From: Candidatus Bathyarchaeota archaeon
GTDB taxonomy: Archaea > Thermoproteota > Bathyarchaeia > TCS64
NCBI GenBank assembly: GCA_963769425.1
Contig: CAVYLP010000006.1
Span: 608,001 to 672,000 of the forward strand
Direction: 5' to 3'
Length of the DNA stretch: 64,000 nt
A model generated the notes under the pieces. The model saw only the letters and a list, made by a program, of their open reading frames with translations, was not told the origin of the DNA and made no database searches. Shown piece after piece: positions 37,240-47,756 of the stretch. A program made the position numbers and the translations under genes. The stretch's first letter is position 1. Each line of letters begins with the position of its first letter.

Positions 37240-37778
37240 GGTTTCGGGTGCCTACTCCTGCTCATCAACGCGTTGATGACTATCCACGCACCGATGAGGA
37301 TGATGAGGAAAGCCCACCAGTCCTGAAGACCTAGATACGACCCCACACCTATGAGGGCGACGATGGCTCCGCCTATCATCAGGCCGCTAGAGGCGCGCCA
37401 GTTGCTCGTCTGGACGTAGAGCATTAGGCCGCGAAGGATTATTATTACACCTAAGCCGACGAGGAACCAGTTCCACCACTGGTTGTCGCCTATGTAACCG
37501 TACTGGTTGAACAGGAAGGTGACTCCCAGCCACAGGACGATGAGGCCGCCCATGACAGCGCCCCACATGGCGCCTGAGCCCTCGTTCTTCTCGCCCTTCT
37601 CTGCCTTCTCTCCCCTCGAGTCCTTCTCATTCTTCTCGTTCTTCTCACCTTTCTCGTTCTTCTCGTCTCTGGGGCGCCTGTAGACGACCTTGTCCTCAGG
37701 CTTCAGGCTCTGACCGCAGTATGGGCAGAAAACCGCGTCCTCTTTGACCTCTTTACCGCACTTCGGGCAATATGGCAT
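37236..37778 (-). CDS. Zinc-ribbon domain membrane protein
   Basis: YCPKCG...FCPYCG, EK(N/G/A) low-complexity linker, four TM helices. Confidence 0.85.
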   Translation of the reverse strand: MPYCPKCGKEVKEDAVFCPYCGQSLKPEDKVVYRRPRDEKNEKGEKNEKNEKDSRGEKAEKGEKNEGSGAMWGAVMGGLIVLWLGVTFLFNQYGYIGDNQWWNWFLVGLGVIIILRGLMLYVQTSNWRASSGLMIGGAIVALIGVGSYLGLQDWWAFLIILIGAWIVINALMSRSRHPKP

Positions 37779-37839
37779 GGCGCTTCACCTACTCGATCTG
37801 TGAGATTTTCACTCCGCTTAAAAGGGTATAGATTCTCCC

Positions 37840-39019
37840 TCAGTTTCGGGTAATTCTTATCAGGGCGATGAGAGCCGTGCCGATTAGCATTAGGGTGCTC
37901 AAGATGAACCAGCCGATGTCGTAGCTAGTCGTGGCGTCCTTCACGACGCCGAGGAGCAGGGGAAGCACCAAGGGCTCCGAGACTCGCGAATGTGTTGTGA
38001 ACCCCCGAAAGGCTACCAGCAGTCTCCGTACCGAAGAGGCGAGGAATAATCGTGAACGCTGGGCTGCGGGTGAAGCTGCTCAACCACCCAAGTATGAACG
38101 TGGCCACGAGGATGAGGCCACCGCTAGGGAGAACCGTGAAGGCGTATACGTTCACGGCGAGAAGGAGGAAGCTCCCGCCGAGGACCCTCTTCTCGCCGAC
38201 GACGTCCGTTAACACACCACCCGCTGGGTTCGACACCATCCCAGCCAAGTTGAACAGACTCATCGCGGTGCCCACGAGCAGGACGTCGAAGCCGAACTCC
38301 TCCTTTAGCATCAATGGCAGCCAGGCTAGGAAGGTGTAGTAGCTGCCGAGGCGGATGAACTGGGCCACGGCGAGCACCCAGAAACTCCTCGTCCTCAGAG
38401 CCGTGAGGACGGCCTGCCGAGGCACTCCACTCGACCTTGCCCCGTCCTTCAGGCATAGGTAGATCAACGCGGCGGAAGCGATTCCTGCAACTCCCTGTAT
38501 GATGATTGATGCCCGCCAACCGTAGACGAGGGCGAGCAAAGGAGAGACCCAGGTAACGATGATCAAGCCTATGCTTCCACCCACATTCAACAAACCGAGG
38601 GCCGTCCCCCTCTCCCTCGACTCGTACCATCCGGCGATCAGCCTAACCGAGGGGACGAAGACCCCCGCCCCCAGCAGCCCGGCGAGGAAACGGGCAAGGG
38701 CGAGGCTCGTGAAGTCGCCGCCGAACCCGAACAGAACGGTCGCCGCGGAGACGCCCGCGATGCTGGCGGCCATAATCCTCCTGCTACCGAAGCGATCAGC
38801 CAGGAGTCCCCAGGGTATCTGACCGATCGTGTAGCCGACGAAGTAGGCCGACATCAGGGCACCGCTCTCCGTGTAACTTAGGCCCAAATCCCCCTTGATC
38901 GACGTGAGGACGTAGCTGTAGGCGGAGTTCATGATGCCCAGCACCGTGAGGGCGAGGAAACCGCCGAGCAGCACCAGGGGGTGCCTGAGCAGGCCCCTCA
39001 GCCTATCCAGAGCGGACAA
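37840..39019 (-). CDS. MFS transporter (frameshift near 37970)
   Basis: GLLADRFGSRR motif A; last helices (LVLPLLLGVVKDATTSYDIGW) in a shifted frame ending at TGA 37840. Confidence 0.85.
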
Positions 39020-39114
39020 TACGCTGAGACGGGCGCCCTACGCCTGATAAGGTTTAGCAGAAAAAAGGCCACAGTCTCCCGCTGGGCTTGAAAAAATGAA
39101 AAAAGGTGGTAGTC

Positions 39115-40011
39115 TTACAGGACTACCGTCTTCATCTCGTCTGCCTTGAGGAGTCTCTGCCAGTTCGTCGTGACGTTGGTCTGGATCTCGTTGACCTCGA
39201 CCTCTGTCATGTGGCGGAAGCGGCTCTGAGGCTTCAGGTACTCGCTGATGGGCTTCAGCTCCTTCGGTTTGTAGTTGAGCTTGAAGCTGGTGCCGTGCTC
39301 TATCTCGTAGAGCGGCCAGACGCCTGACTGGACACCCGCACGCGCGAGTTCGACCGTCTTTGCTGGGTCGAAGCGCCAACCGACTGGGCACGGGGACTGG
39401 ATCAGGATGAGCCTGAAGCCCTCGATGTCCTTGGCGTACTTCACCTTCTGCATGAGGTCCTCAGGGAAGGCGACTGAGGCCGTGGCGATGTAGGGGACGT
39501 AGTGGGCCGCGAAGATCATCGGGATGTTCTTCTTGGGCTCGTTCTTTCCCCTGCTGTTGGGGCCGACCGGGTTCGTGGTTGTCTCCGCGTACTTCGGGGT
39601 TCCTCCACTCCTCTGGCCGCCCGTGTTCATGTAGGCCTCGTTGTCCTTCGTGATTACGAGGATGTTCTCGTTGCGCTCAGCCGCAGCAGATAGTCCCTGG
39701 AAGCCTATGTCGTAGGTTCCGCCGTCTCCGAAGAAACCGACGGCCTTGACATCCGTCCTCCCCAGCGCCTTAAGGGCACGGGACGACCCGGTTAGGGACG
39801 AGCCGCCGCCCTCGAAGACTGCGCCTGCGCGCGGGTGCTTCGTGACGTGGTCTGGGCAGCACGGGATACCGTGCCTGATGAGGTTGGGACCTAGGACCTT
39901 GAAGGTGAGCCTGGCGGCCATGGCGGCACCGCAACCCTGGCAAGTGCTGCCAGGTGCTAGGATCATCTCTTCCATGGGGACCTGGGCTCTAGTCATTCTT
40001 TGCGTACTCAT
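39115..40011 (-). CDS. porB: 2-oxoacid:ferredoxin oxidoreductase beta subunit
   Basis: CQGCG, GDGGTYDIG, DNEAYMNTGGQRS, SPCPVGW. Confidence 0.92.
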   Translation of the reverse strand: MSTQRMTRAQVPMEEMILAPGSTCQGCGAAMAARLTFKVLGPNLIRHGIPCCPDHVTKHPRAGAVFEGGGSSLTGSSRALKALGRTDVKAVGFFGDGGTYDIGFQGLSAAAERNENILVITKDNEAYMNTGGQRSGGTPKYAETTTNPVGPNSRGKNEPKKNIPMIFAAHYVPYIATASVAFPEDLMQKVKYAKDIEGFRLILIQSPCPVGWRFDPAKTVELARAGVQSGVWPLYEIEHGTSFKLNYKPKELKPISEYLKPQSRFRHMTEVEVNEIQTNVTTNWQRLLKADEMKTVVL

Positions 40012-40024
40012 TTTTCATTACCTC

Positions 40025-41221
40025 CTAAACCCACTGGATGGGAGCCTCTGGCTTCCCACCCTTCGCTACCTTCAGGGTCTTCTCGCCGATCTTGTACATG
40101 TCGTCGACGCGTACCTCCTTTCCGCTGAGGCCGCCGATGAAGCCGAGGATTGGGGTCCTCTTCGCCTCGTCGTAGAGGGTGCTCCTCATCTGGTGGTAGA
40201 CGGGGCCGTAGAAGCCTGGCTGGCAGCTGCGGTCGAAGACGCCGATGGCGCCGACGTTCTTGGCGATGGCCTGGAAGTCGTTCCTCGGGAAGGGGATGTA
40301 GCTCCTGATCTTCACGAGTCCGACCTTTTTGCCGTCTGCCCAGAGCTTGTCGATCGCCGCCATCGCGGTTCCGGCGATCGTGCCCATCGCAGTGATGACG
40401 CAGTCTGCGCCCTCCACACGGTATGGCTCGATCATGCCGTTGCCGTAGGTGCGGCCGAACTTCTTGCCCCACTCGGCGAATACCTCCTTGATGACCTTCT
40501 CACCGTTGAGGGCCGCCTCGTTGTGCAACTGCCATGGCTTCATCGGGTCACCCTCGCCCCAGCCCGCGCCGTAGCCCTTAGGGTTGGCCTCGAAGTCGCG
40601 CCACTTGTCAGTCGTGTCTGATACGGGGAGTATTCCCGGCATCGGCTTGTAGGGCGGTAGGAAGGCGTCGACGTCCTCTTGGGACGGGATCTCGACTGGC
40701 TCTGCCGTGTAGCTGAGCACGTAGCCGTCGTAGCCCATCGCGACTGGGAGGCGGATCCTCTTGTCCTCGGCGATCTTGTACGCCATCACTGTTGTGTCGA
40801 GTATCTCCTGTGCGTTCTCCACGTAGAGGTGGAGCCAGCCCTGCCACTGCTGCGACATTAGGTCACTGTGGTCAGGCTGCATGCTCTTGACGCCGCGGTG
40901 GACAACCGCCATGACGAGGGGTAGCCTCTTGCTGGCGGTCTCCTGCATCGGGTGGTGCATGTAGAGGAGGCCTGGGCCCGAGGTACATGTGAAGCTGCGC
41001 GCGCCGACGGCCTCCGCCGCCTGGGCGATGACCTGGCTACTCAGCTCACCCTCAGCGTTGATGAACTCGAATCCGGGCAACTCACCCGAGGCGTGGATCT
41101 CCGAGAGATACTCGGTGATCGTCGTCTGCGGTGTGATTGGGAAGACCGCTGCAACCTTTACGCGGGCCAGCTTGCAGCCAGTCGCCGTTGCCTTGTTACC
41201 GACCATAACTTCGTATGACAT
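40025..41221 (-). CDS. porA: 2-oxoacid:ferredoxin oxidoreductase alpha subunit
   Basis: FPITPQT, FTCTSGPGL, DGYVLSY, GGLSGK. Confidence 0.92.
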   Translation of the reverse strand: MSYEVMVGNKATATGCKLARVKVAAVFPITPQTTITEYLSEIHASGELPGFEFINAEGELSSQVIAQAAEAVGARSFTCTSGPGLLYMHHPMQETASKRLPLVMAVVHRGVKSMQPDHSDLMSQQWQGWLHLYVENAQEILDTTVMAYKIAEDKRIRLPVAMGYDGYVLSYTAEPVEIPSQEDVDAFLPPYKPMPGILPVSDTTDKWRDFEANPKGYGAGWGEGDPMKPWQLHNEAALNGEKVIKEVFAEWGKKFGRTYGNGMIEPYRVEGADCVITAMGTIAGTAMAAIDKLWADGKKVGLVKIRSYIPFPRNDFQAIAKNVGAIGVFDRSCQPGFYGPVYHQMRSTLYDEAKRTPILGFIGGLSGKEVRVDDMYKIGEKTLKVAKGGKPEAPIQWV

Positions 41222-41234
41222 TTCATTATCCTCC

Positions 41235-42056
41235 TTAGATCTCCACCCTCTTCATCTCGATGGCCTTGACTGGGCACTCGTTTGCGCAGACACCGCAGCC
41301 CTTGCAGGCGCGGTCGATCATCGCGGGCTTGTTGTTCGCTTTCCACTCGAGGGCGGCTTCTGGGCAGAAGATCCAGCACGTCTTGCAGCCGATGCACTTC
41401 TCCTCGTTCACGACGGGGTAGAAGACGCGCCAGCTGCTGACGTCCTTAAGGGTTCCGTACCCGCCGACTTCGAGGTCGACCTTCATCTTGGGGGCGACCC
41501 TGTTCTTCGCGGGGACCCAGGGGGAGACCTTCTCGTAGCTCTTCCTGACGGCGGCGATGTTCATCTCGCCTAGCCTGCCTGGGAAGTACTTCTTGATGGC
41601 CTTCTCGACGGACTCGAGCTTGACGACGCCTGTGGCCTTGGCGAAGGCACCGAGCAGCGCTGTGTTCGTGATGGGCCTTCCGAGGGTCTCCAGCGCGATG
41701 CTGGTTGCGTCGACAGTGGCGATGTTGATGTCGCCGGCGAGCTCGCTCTTATCGGGTGCGAACGGTACGTTAAGCAGAACCTGGCCGTTTGGCTTCAGGT
41801 CGTTAGCGACAGCCTGCTGTAGGCTGATCAGTGGGTCGAAGCAGAGGCTGATATTCGGATTGTGTACCAGCTCCCTTTCCCTGACACGCACATTGTCGAT
41901 CCTGACATAGGCGGTGAGGGGTGCTCCACGCCTCTCGGTGCCGTACATGGGGATGGCCTGACTATACTTGCCCTCCTCATAGGCTGCCGTGGCGATAATC
42001 CTAGAGGCGGTGACGGCCCCTTGGCCGCCCCTGCCGTGCAACCTTATCTCAATCAC
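41235..42056 (-). CDS. 2-oxoacid:ferredoxin oxidoreductase fused gamma/delta subunit
   Basis: HGRGGQGAVT, YGTERRGAP, plus C-terminal CIGCKTCWIFCP and CKGCGVCANECP. Confidence 0.92.
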   Translation of the reverse strand: MIEIRLHGRGGQGAVTASRIIATAAYEEGKYSQAIPMYGTERRGAPLTAYVRIDNVRVRERELVHNPNISLCFDPLISLQQAVANDLKPNGQVLLNVPFAPDKSELAGDINIATVDATSIALETLGRPITNTALLGAFAKATGVVKLESVEKAIKKYFPGRLGEMNIAAVRKSYEKVSPWVPAKNRVAPKMKVDLEVGGYGTLKDVSSWRVFYPVVNEEKCIGCKTCWIFCPEAALEWKANNKPAMIDRACKGCGVCANECPVKAIEMKRVEI

Positions 42057-42454
42057 GGGTCATTTTCCCTCAGTGATTCGTTACCACCTTAACTCTTGAC
42101 TGTTAAAAGAGTAACGATTCCGTAATGAGTCCACAAAGAAGGATTTAAAGCTTGACTACAAAATCTCCATTTGATGAAAAAAATAGTCACTGAACATCAA
42201 AATGTCAAATATGAGTAATAAATTCGGATAAAAAGGTGAAAATGTTCAGAAAAGGGAAGGATATTCAATCAATCAGCTCAAAAGGAGCGGTTAGTATTTA
42301 TTTGAATTTCTTAGAAAATATGATACTTATCACCAATCTATAGATATTGTCTATTTACGATCACAATTTTGCCACAGGAATCAGAGTATGCCTAGGCGTC
42401 TTGCCTTGGTTGAAGATTTAAATTAGGGTTTGTTAATGGTTTGTGGACTAAGCT

Positions 42455-43354
42455 ATGGCGGAGAAGGAGCAGGGCTTCCGCAAGATGCTTGAGAAGAGCA
42501 TCGTAGAGAACATACGTATCGAACACCCCGTGGTGCTGAAGGGTCAGTACGAGACAGCTTACAGCCTACTGAAGGATGCCCTCGACACCGGGATAACCCC
42601 ATGCCTCGTCGGACCCCCCGGAGTAGGGAAGAGTCTCCTCGCCCGTAAAGTCGCCGAGGACACCGCCCGTAGCTTCCATGAGGTATTCTTCGACGAGAAC
42701 GTCACACCGAGCCGCCTCATAGGCAGCTTCGACCCCGCACTGGTCGTCCGCAGCGGGAGAAACATAAGCAGCTTCGAGCCAGGCCCACTCATCCGCGCCA
42801 TGGTCGAGGGCGGCCTCTTCGTCGCCCACGAGCTCAACCGCGCGACCGAGTTCTGCCAGAACAGCCTCATCGCCCCTCTCGAGGAGAGGCACTACCACCT
42901 CTTCCCTCTCGGGATGGTGAAGGCCCAGGAGAGCTTCGCCTTCGTTGCCACCCAGAACCCCATCGAGACCTCCGGAACCTACAGGCTCAGCAGGGTCCTC
43001 GTAGACCGCATCGGCTGCTGGATCAGGCTCACCTACCCGACGAAGGAGACGGAGCTAGAGATTCTCAAGGAGAACACGCCAGCCTTCAGCCTACCTGTGA
43101 GCGCCCTCGACAAGATATACGAGATCGTCAAGGCCACGAGAGAGAACCCGGTTCTGGAGATCCCGGCGTCACCCCGCAGCGGCATCTACCTCACCCGGCT
43201 CGTCAACAAGTACCTCGACCGCTTCGAAACTGAGGATGCCGCCATCAGGTTCTTCGCCCCCGCTGTCCTCGCCAAGGAGATGAAGGTCCGCGGGGAGGAG
43301 GGCAAGACGGTGTCGAAGGTCGTCGACGAGATAATAAAGAAGGTTCTGGGCTGA
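42455..43354 (+). CDS. MoxR family AAA+ ATPase
   Basis: GPPGVGKS, GPL, ELNRA, ATQNPIE, SPR. Confidence 0.9.
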   Translation: MAEKEQGFRKMLEKSIVENIRIEHPVVLKGQYETAYSLLKDALDTGITPCLVGPPGVGKSLLARKVAEDTARSFHEVFFDENVTPSRLIGSFDPALVVRSGRNISSFEPGPLIRAMVEGGLFVAHELNRATEFCQNSLIAPLEERHYHLFPLGMVKAQESFAFVATQNPIETSGTYRLSRVLVDRIGCWIRLTYPTKETELEILKENTPAFSLPVSALDKIYEIVKATRENPVLEIPASPRSGIYLTRLVNKYLDRFETEDAAIRFFAPAVLAKEMKVRGEEGKTVSKVVDEIIKKVLG

Positions 43355-43355
43355 G

Positions 43356-44732
43356 ATGTCCGCCTCCTCTCTGGAGTACCCCTTCCACTACGCGAACTAC
43401 TTCATACCAGAGTTCATAGAGAGGATGCGGAAGAGCAGAGAGGTAATCGAGAAGCCGAGCCCCCGGCAGAGCATAAACATGGGGAAGATCCTTCTCCCCG
43501 GCTTCATGAGGAACGGCTGCCTTACGTTCAGCGACCTGCTCCGGGCCGCCGTCATCACTAGCCAGGTGGATAACCAGAAGATGGCGGAGAAGATCGCCCT
43601 CGACATACTCACGAACATCAACGAGTTCGAGGAGGAACCCGAGGACGACATGGACGCTGACCAACTCCTCAGCCTCCTCAGCAAGAAGAGCCAGGAAGTC
43701 TACGTCACGCCCCACGCCAAGGGGCTGGAGCAGAACATAGTCAACGACAACCCGAGCATAACCGGTCCCGACCAGTTCACCAAGTTCAAGAACAAGCCCG
43801 ACATCGGGGTGGGCCCCGGCGAGGACAGGATAATCAAGTTCGGCGCCAAGACCTTCAAGGAGGAACGTGACGAGAAGATGAGGAAGCTCCTCGCCTACCT
43901 CCTAAAGGAGAAGCTCCTGAAGCTCGGCCGCGAGCTCGAGAGGAAGGACGACTGGAGCAGGATAGCCTCCGTCCGCCCCTTCCAGCCAGGCGAGGACACT
44001 GACTCCATCGACGAGGACCGGAGCCTCGAGAACATCATCGACCTCGGCAGGAAGATCGACGAGGTCAGGCCCGATGACTTCATGATGCTCAAGAGGAAGA
44101 AGAAGAACAGGAGCATCGTATACATCCAAGACATCAGCAACACGATGTTCTACGACTTCGAGGGCATAAACTCGGTCAACTACAGCATACTGAGCCTCAT
44201 CCCTCTCATGTGGGGGTTGCGCAACGACAAGTGGAGCCTCATACTCTACGAAAGTAACAGCCATATAATCAAGGAATTGAGCGACGAGATGGACCTCGAG
44301 CCCATTCTAGAGCAGTTGCTCGACATGATCACGATGACGACGACCCAGATGGAGTTCAGGTTCAGGGGCACTGTCGACGGCTCAACCTGGGGCGGCACAG
44401 TCCCGAACAAGAGCATACAGTGGGCCTACGACCAACTGACTGAAGCCTCTGAGCGAAGCGACCGGATCTGCTTCTACTTCAGCGACTTCGTCCTCACCGA
44501 TCCCACTAAGGACGATGAGGAGAACAGGAAGAATTATGAAGTGATCCGCAACATGCTCAACGACGGTATCAGGGTCTTCGCTGGGATAAGCCCCCTCGCC
44601 CACAAGGAAATATTCAGACCATACACGGCAACGGCTATCGACAAGCTGAGGAAGATGGGAGTACCAATGGCTGACACTTACGTCCCTAGCGAATTTTTAG
44701 AAAAGGCACATGCCTTCCTTGACGAGGTTTAG
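43356..44732 (+). CDS. VWA-domain protein (MoxR partner)
   Basis: RPFQPGED..IDEDRSLEN, MIDAS-like DISNTM, GGT, FSDF; starts 1 nt after the MoxR stop. Confidence 0.8.
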   Translation: MSASSLEYPFHYANYFIPEFIERMRKSREVIEKPSPRQSINMGKILLPGFMRNGCLTFSDLLRAAVITSQVDNQKMAEKIALDILTNINEFEEEPEDDMDADQLLSLLSKKSQEVYVTPHAKGLEQNIVNDNPSITGPDQFTKFKNKPDIGVGPGEDRIIKFGAKTFKEERDEKMRKLLAYLLKEKLLKLGRELERKDDWSRIASVRPFQPGEDTDSIDEDRSLENIIDLGRKIDEVRPDDFMMLKRKKKNRSIVYIQDISNTMFYDFEGINSVNYSILSLIPLMWGLRNDKWSLILYESNSHIIKELSDEMDLEPILEQLLDMITMTTTQMEFRFRGTVDGSTWGGTVPNKSIQWAYDQLTEASERSDRICFYFSDFVLTDPTKDDEENRKNYEVIRNMLNDGIRVFAGISPLAHKEIFRPYTATAIDKLRKMGVPMADTYVPSEFLEKAHAFLDEV

Positions 44733-44882
44733 TATCTAATCCTCGCTTAATCTGAGAACAATTATTTTCATTCGCCGCCCTGTCACCGGCAATGTTGCTC
44801 TCTGTTGATGTAAATAACTATTTCTTTGTTTTTAGTTGTTAGAGGGTTACCCTCGGATTGCAGCGAAATGACATTCTATTTG

Positions 44883-45569
44883 CTAGGGCTTCGAGGATAT
44901 TACGCAGGCGAATCCACCGAGTTGGCTCAGTCTAGGCGACGCAGCGTTAGTTGGTTTCAGAATGGTGACGGAGGCGCCTAGGTTTCTTGAGATCTGCATT
45001 AGGCTCTGGAATCGCCGGTTTCTCCTGTTTCTGAGGTCAAACTCCTCGGTTAAAATAATCGCGATGGGCTTCCTCTCGGCATTTAGAGCGGTGGAGAGTT
45101 CCTCTACGGTGTAGAGCACGTTGTTCTCTTTTAGTGCCCTTTCAAGGAGGTTGAGTAGTTTTTCGCCAGCCTCTTCCGAGGCTTCTTGCACTGTTTCTTG
45201 GATTTTGTTTGTCCTGATGAGTTGTGTCACTTCGCTTGCTGTCCCGGCTTTTCCGGCTAACTGCCTGATCGTGGTTCTATCCTTTAGCCACCTGTGGCGT
45301 TTTGTGATGTGCTCCATGAGCCTGGGGGTGTTCTGGGTTCTATCCTCAGATGCAATGATTACCCCTGTGAATCCCTCGGGTAGCAGGCTCCTGATGGCCT
45401 CTATTATGTTCTCGTGGAACTTGTAGGTGGATTTTTCGTCAACCCCACTTCTCTGGATGACTTTCGAAGACTTCACCGACTCGCTGTAGATGGTCCAGAA
45501 GTGCGCCGCTTCATTATCGAGACCGATGAGTATCGCGGTCGGATATCCGCGTCGGCCTCGCTTCGACAT
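44883..45569 (-). CDS. Pelota/eRF1-like protein (middle and C-terminal domains only)
   Basis: AILIGLD..A, VLYTVEEL..AL, GASVTIL, RLSQLGGFACV resemble eRF1 domains 2-3. Confidence 0.6.
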   Translation of the reverse strand: MSKRGRRGYPTAILIGLDNEAAHFWTIYSESVKSSKVIQRSGVDEKSTYKFHENIIEAIRSLLPEGFTGVIIASEDRTQNTPRLMEHITKRHRWLKDRTTIRQLAGKAGTASEVTQLIRTNKIQETVQEASEEAGEKLLNLLERALKENNVLYTVEELSTALNAERKPIAIILTEEFDLRNRRNRRFQSLMQISRNLGASVTILKPTNAASPRLSQLGGFACVISSKP

Positions 45570-45571
45570 CT

Positions 45572-46489
45572 CTATTCCCTCGGTTTGTATCCGGTGAGGC
45601 GTTTGTGGTTGCCGCAGAATATCTTCTCAATTCCCTCGTCGTTGACGAGGCCGTCCTTCTTGAGGCTCTTGAGGGCGTTGAACTGCTCCTCGAGGATGTT
45701 ATAGCGGAAGCCTCGAGGGAAGAAAGTGGAGTCGGTGCCGAAGAGTATCTTGTCTGGGCCGCCGGCGCGTAAGGCGTGGCGAAAGACGTCCTTGACGCTG
45801 AGGTCCTCGGGGAGGTACTTGTACCAGATGTTGCTGCCGCTGCTGTCCATGTAGACGTTGTCGGCCTGGTACTGCATGAGGAGGACCTCGCGGAAGAAGC
45901 CGGCACCGAAGTGGGCGATGATGAAGCTCGTATCTGGGAAATCGCGGGCGGGTATCTGTATGTCTATGGGATTGCCACTGCGGAGGTCCGCGTCTCCACC
46001 TATGCTGACGCCGAAGTGGCAGAAGACGACCATTTTCTGTTTCTGCACCTCCTCGTATATTGGGTATAGCTGCTCGCTATAGACGTGGATGTCCCTCCAG
46101 GTTGATGGGTAGAGCTTGATCCCGTAGAAACCGTCCTTAGCCGCTTGCCTTATCTTCTTTGGCGCCTCTGGGTCGTTGGGCTGGACATTGAGGTAGCCTA
46201 GAAAGTAACCCGGGTACCTCTTCCGTGTCTCGAGGAACTCGTCGTACGTCTCGGGGCCGATCATGAAGCCCACGCTGCTGACGCCGTATCGGTCGAGCTC
46301 GTCGTGCCACTTCTGGGCCGCGTCGAAGTTCTCGTCTGGTACCTCGATCGTCTTCATGTCTGTCCGTGTCTGCGTCCTTTTCGTGAAGCTGGCCATGCTG
46401 CGTCCACGCTGGCTCCATGCCTTGACGGATCCCGCCGTCATGAAGTGCGCGTGCGCGTCGATGACCTCTATGCCAAGCCTTGACTTCAA
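45572..46489 (-). CDS. Amidohydrolase 2 family protein
   Basis: IDAHAH, GIKLYP, HFG, IIAHFG, ILFGTDS. Confidence 0.88.
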   Translation of the reverse strand: MKSRLGIEVIDAHAHFMTAGSVKAWSQRGRSMASFTKRTQTRTDMKTIEVPDENFDAAQKWHDELDRYGVSSVGFMIGPETYDEFLETRKRYPGYFLGYLNVQPNDPEAPKKIRQAAKDGFYGIKLYPSTWRDIHVYSEQLYPIYEEVQKQKMVVFCHFGVSIGGDADLRSGNPIDIQIPARDFPDTSFIIAHFGAGFFREVLLMQYQADNVYMDSSGSNIWYKYLPEDLSVKDVFRHALRAGGPDKILFGTDSTFFPRGFRYNILEEQFNALKSLKKDGLVNDEGIEKIFCGNHKRLTGYKPRE

Positions 46490-46595
46490 GCCATCATGCT
46501 CCGATTAGGATGCTTAGTTCTGGTGCGTGGATATCAAGCTTCTCGAATTTCGGGGCGCGGTAAGGTTGAAGAGTCTCTTAGTCGTGGATACCTTC

Positions 46596-47756
46596 ATGGT
46601 CTCCCTAAGTCCAAAGAAGGCGAGTAGGGCCCCGGCGTCGACGATCTACGCGGTCGAGGGCGCCAAGGGGAACGACGGGTCACTAAGCACGTTGCTTGAA
46701 CTGATGGGCAGCGACGGTCTCAAGTTCTACATGTCTAAATCGAAGGGTTTACTGAAGGGCCCATCCGGCCTGATCGCCTCCGACGACATCGTCATCTTGA
46801 AGGTGAATAGTCAGTGGGACGAGTGTGGGATGACGAACACCGACCTCATCAAGGCCCTCGCCGCAGCTGTGCTCGCCCACCCGGACGGGTTCGGGGGCGA
46901 AGTCATCATCGCGGACAACGGGCAGGGGCAGTATGGTAGCTCCGGTTGCGGTGGAAACCTCGACTACGCCGTCAACAACGCCGAGGACAGGGGGCAGTCG
47001 GTGAAGCACGTCGCCGACACTTTCAGGAGCGCGGGGCGGGTCTCGACCTACCTCTGGGACATGATCACCGAGAACGAGGTGGGTGAGTACTCTGAAGGGG
47101 ATGACGATGATGGTTATATTATCACCAAGACCGCGGACCCCCTCACCGGCGTGCTGCCCAGTTACCCAAAATTCAAGACTGCCCATGGCACACGCATTAG
47201 CTTCAAGAAGGGTGTCTGGGACGGGGCGAAGAAAGCCTACGACGAGGCTCGCCTAAAGATCTTGAACACGCCTGTGCTCAAGTCCCACTTCATCTTCGGG
47301 GTCACCGGCGCCGTCAAGCACTACATGGGTGTGCCGAGTGACAAACTGACATCTGCCAAGGGATACAGGACACACCCGACCGTCGGGAAGGGGGGGATGG
47401 GCACGCTTATGGCTGAGACGCGTGTTCCGACACTCAACGTAATCGACGCAATTCATGTGAACTGCAAACCCGGTACAGGTCCTATGACGCCGTTCAAGGG
47501 TGCAACCTACGCTGGTGTAATCGCCGCGAGTACGGACCCAGTCGCTATCGATTACTGGGCCTCGAAGAACATCCTCTGCAAACTGGGTAAAGAGGTCTAT
47601 AAAACGGATGTCTCTTTTTTCGACCCGGACAACAAAACGGCGGGCTGCTTCGGTGACTGGCTAAGGCTCGCTGCGGCGGAGTTGAACGACTCCGGGCACC
47701 CATTCACGTACGACGAGAAGCGGATAGCCGTGAATGTGGCGGGGAAGGCCTTCTAG
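46596..47756 (+). CDS. DUF362 domain protein
   Basis: VILKVN, TNTDLI, PVLKSH..GVTGAVKHYMG, LNVIDA, ASTDPVAID. Confidence 0.8.
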   Translation: MVSLSPKKASRAPASTIYAVEGAKGNDGSLSTLLELMGSDGLKFYMSKSKGLLKGPSGLIASDDIVILKVNSQWDECGMTNTDLIKALAAAVLAHPDGFGGEVIIADNGQGQYGSSGCGGNLDYAVNNAEDRGQSVKHVADTFRSAGRVSTYLWDMITENEVGEYSEGDDDDGYIITKTADPLTGVLPSYPKFKTAHGTRISFKKGVWDGAKKAYDEARLKILNTPVLKSHFIFGVTGAVKHYMGVPSDKLTSAKGYRTHPTVGKGGMGTLMAETRVPTLNVIDAIHVNCKPGTGPMTPFKGATYAGVIAASTDPVAIDYWASKNILCKLGKEVYKTDVSFFDPDNKTAGCFGDWLRLAAAELNDSGHPFTYDEKRIAVNVAGKAF

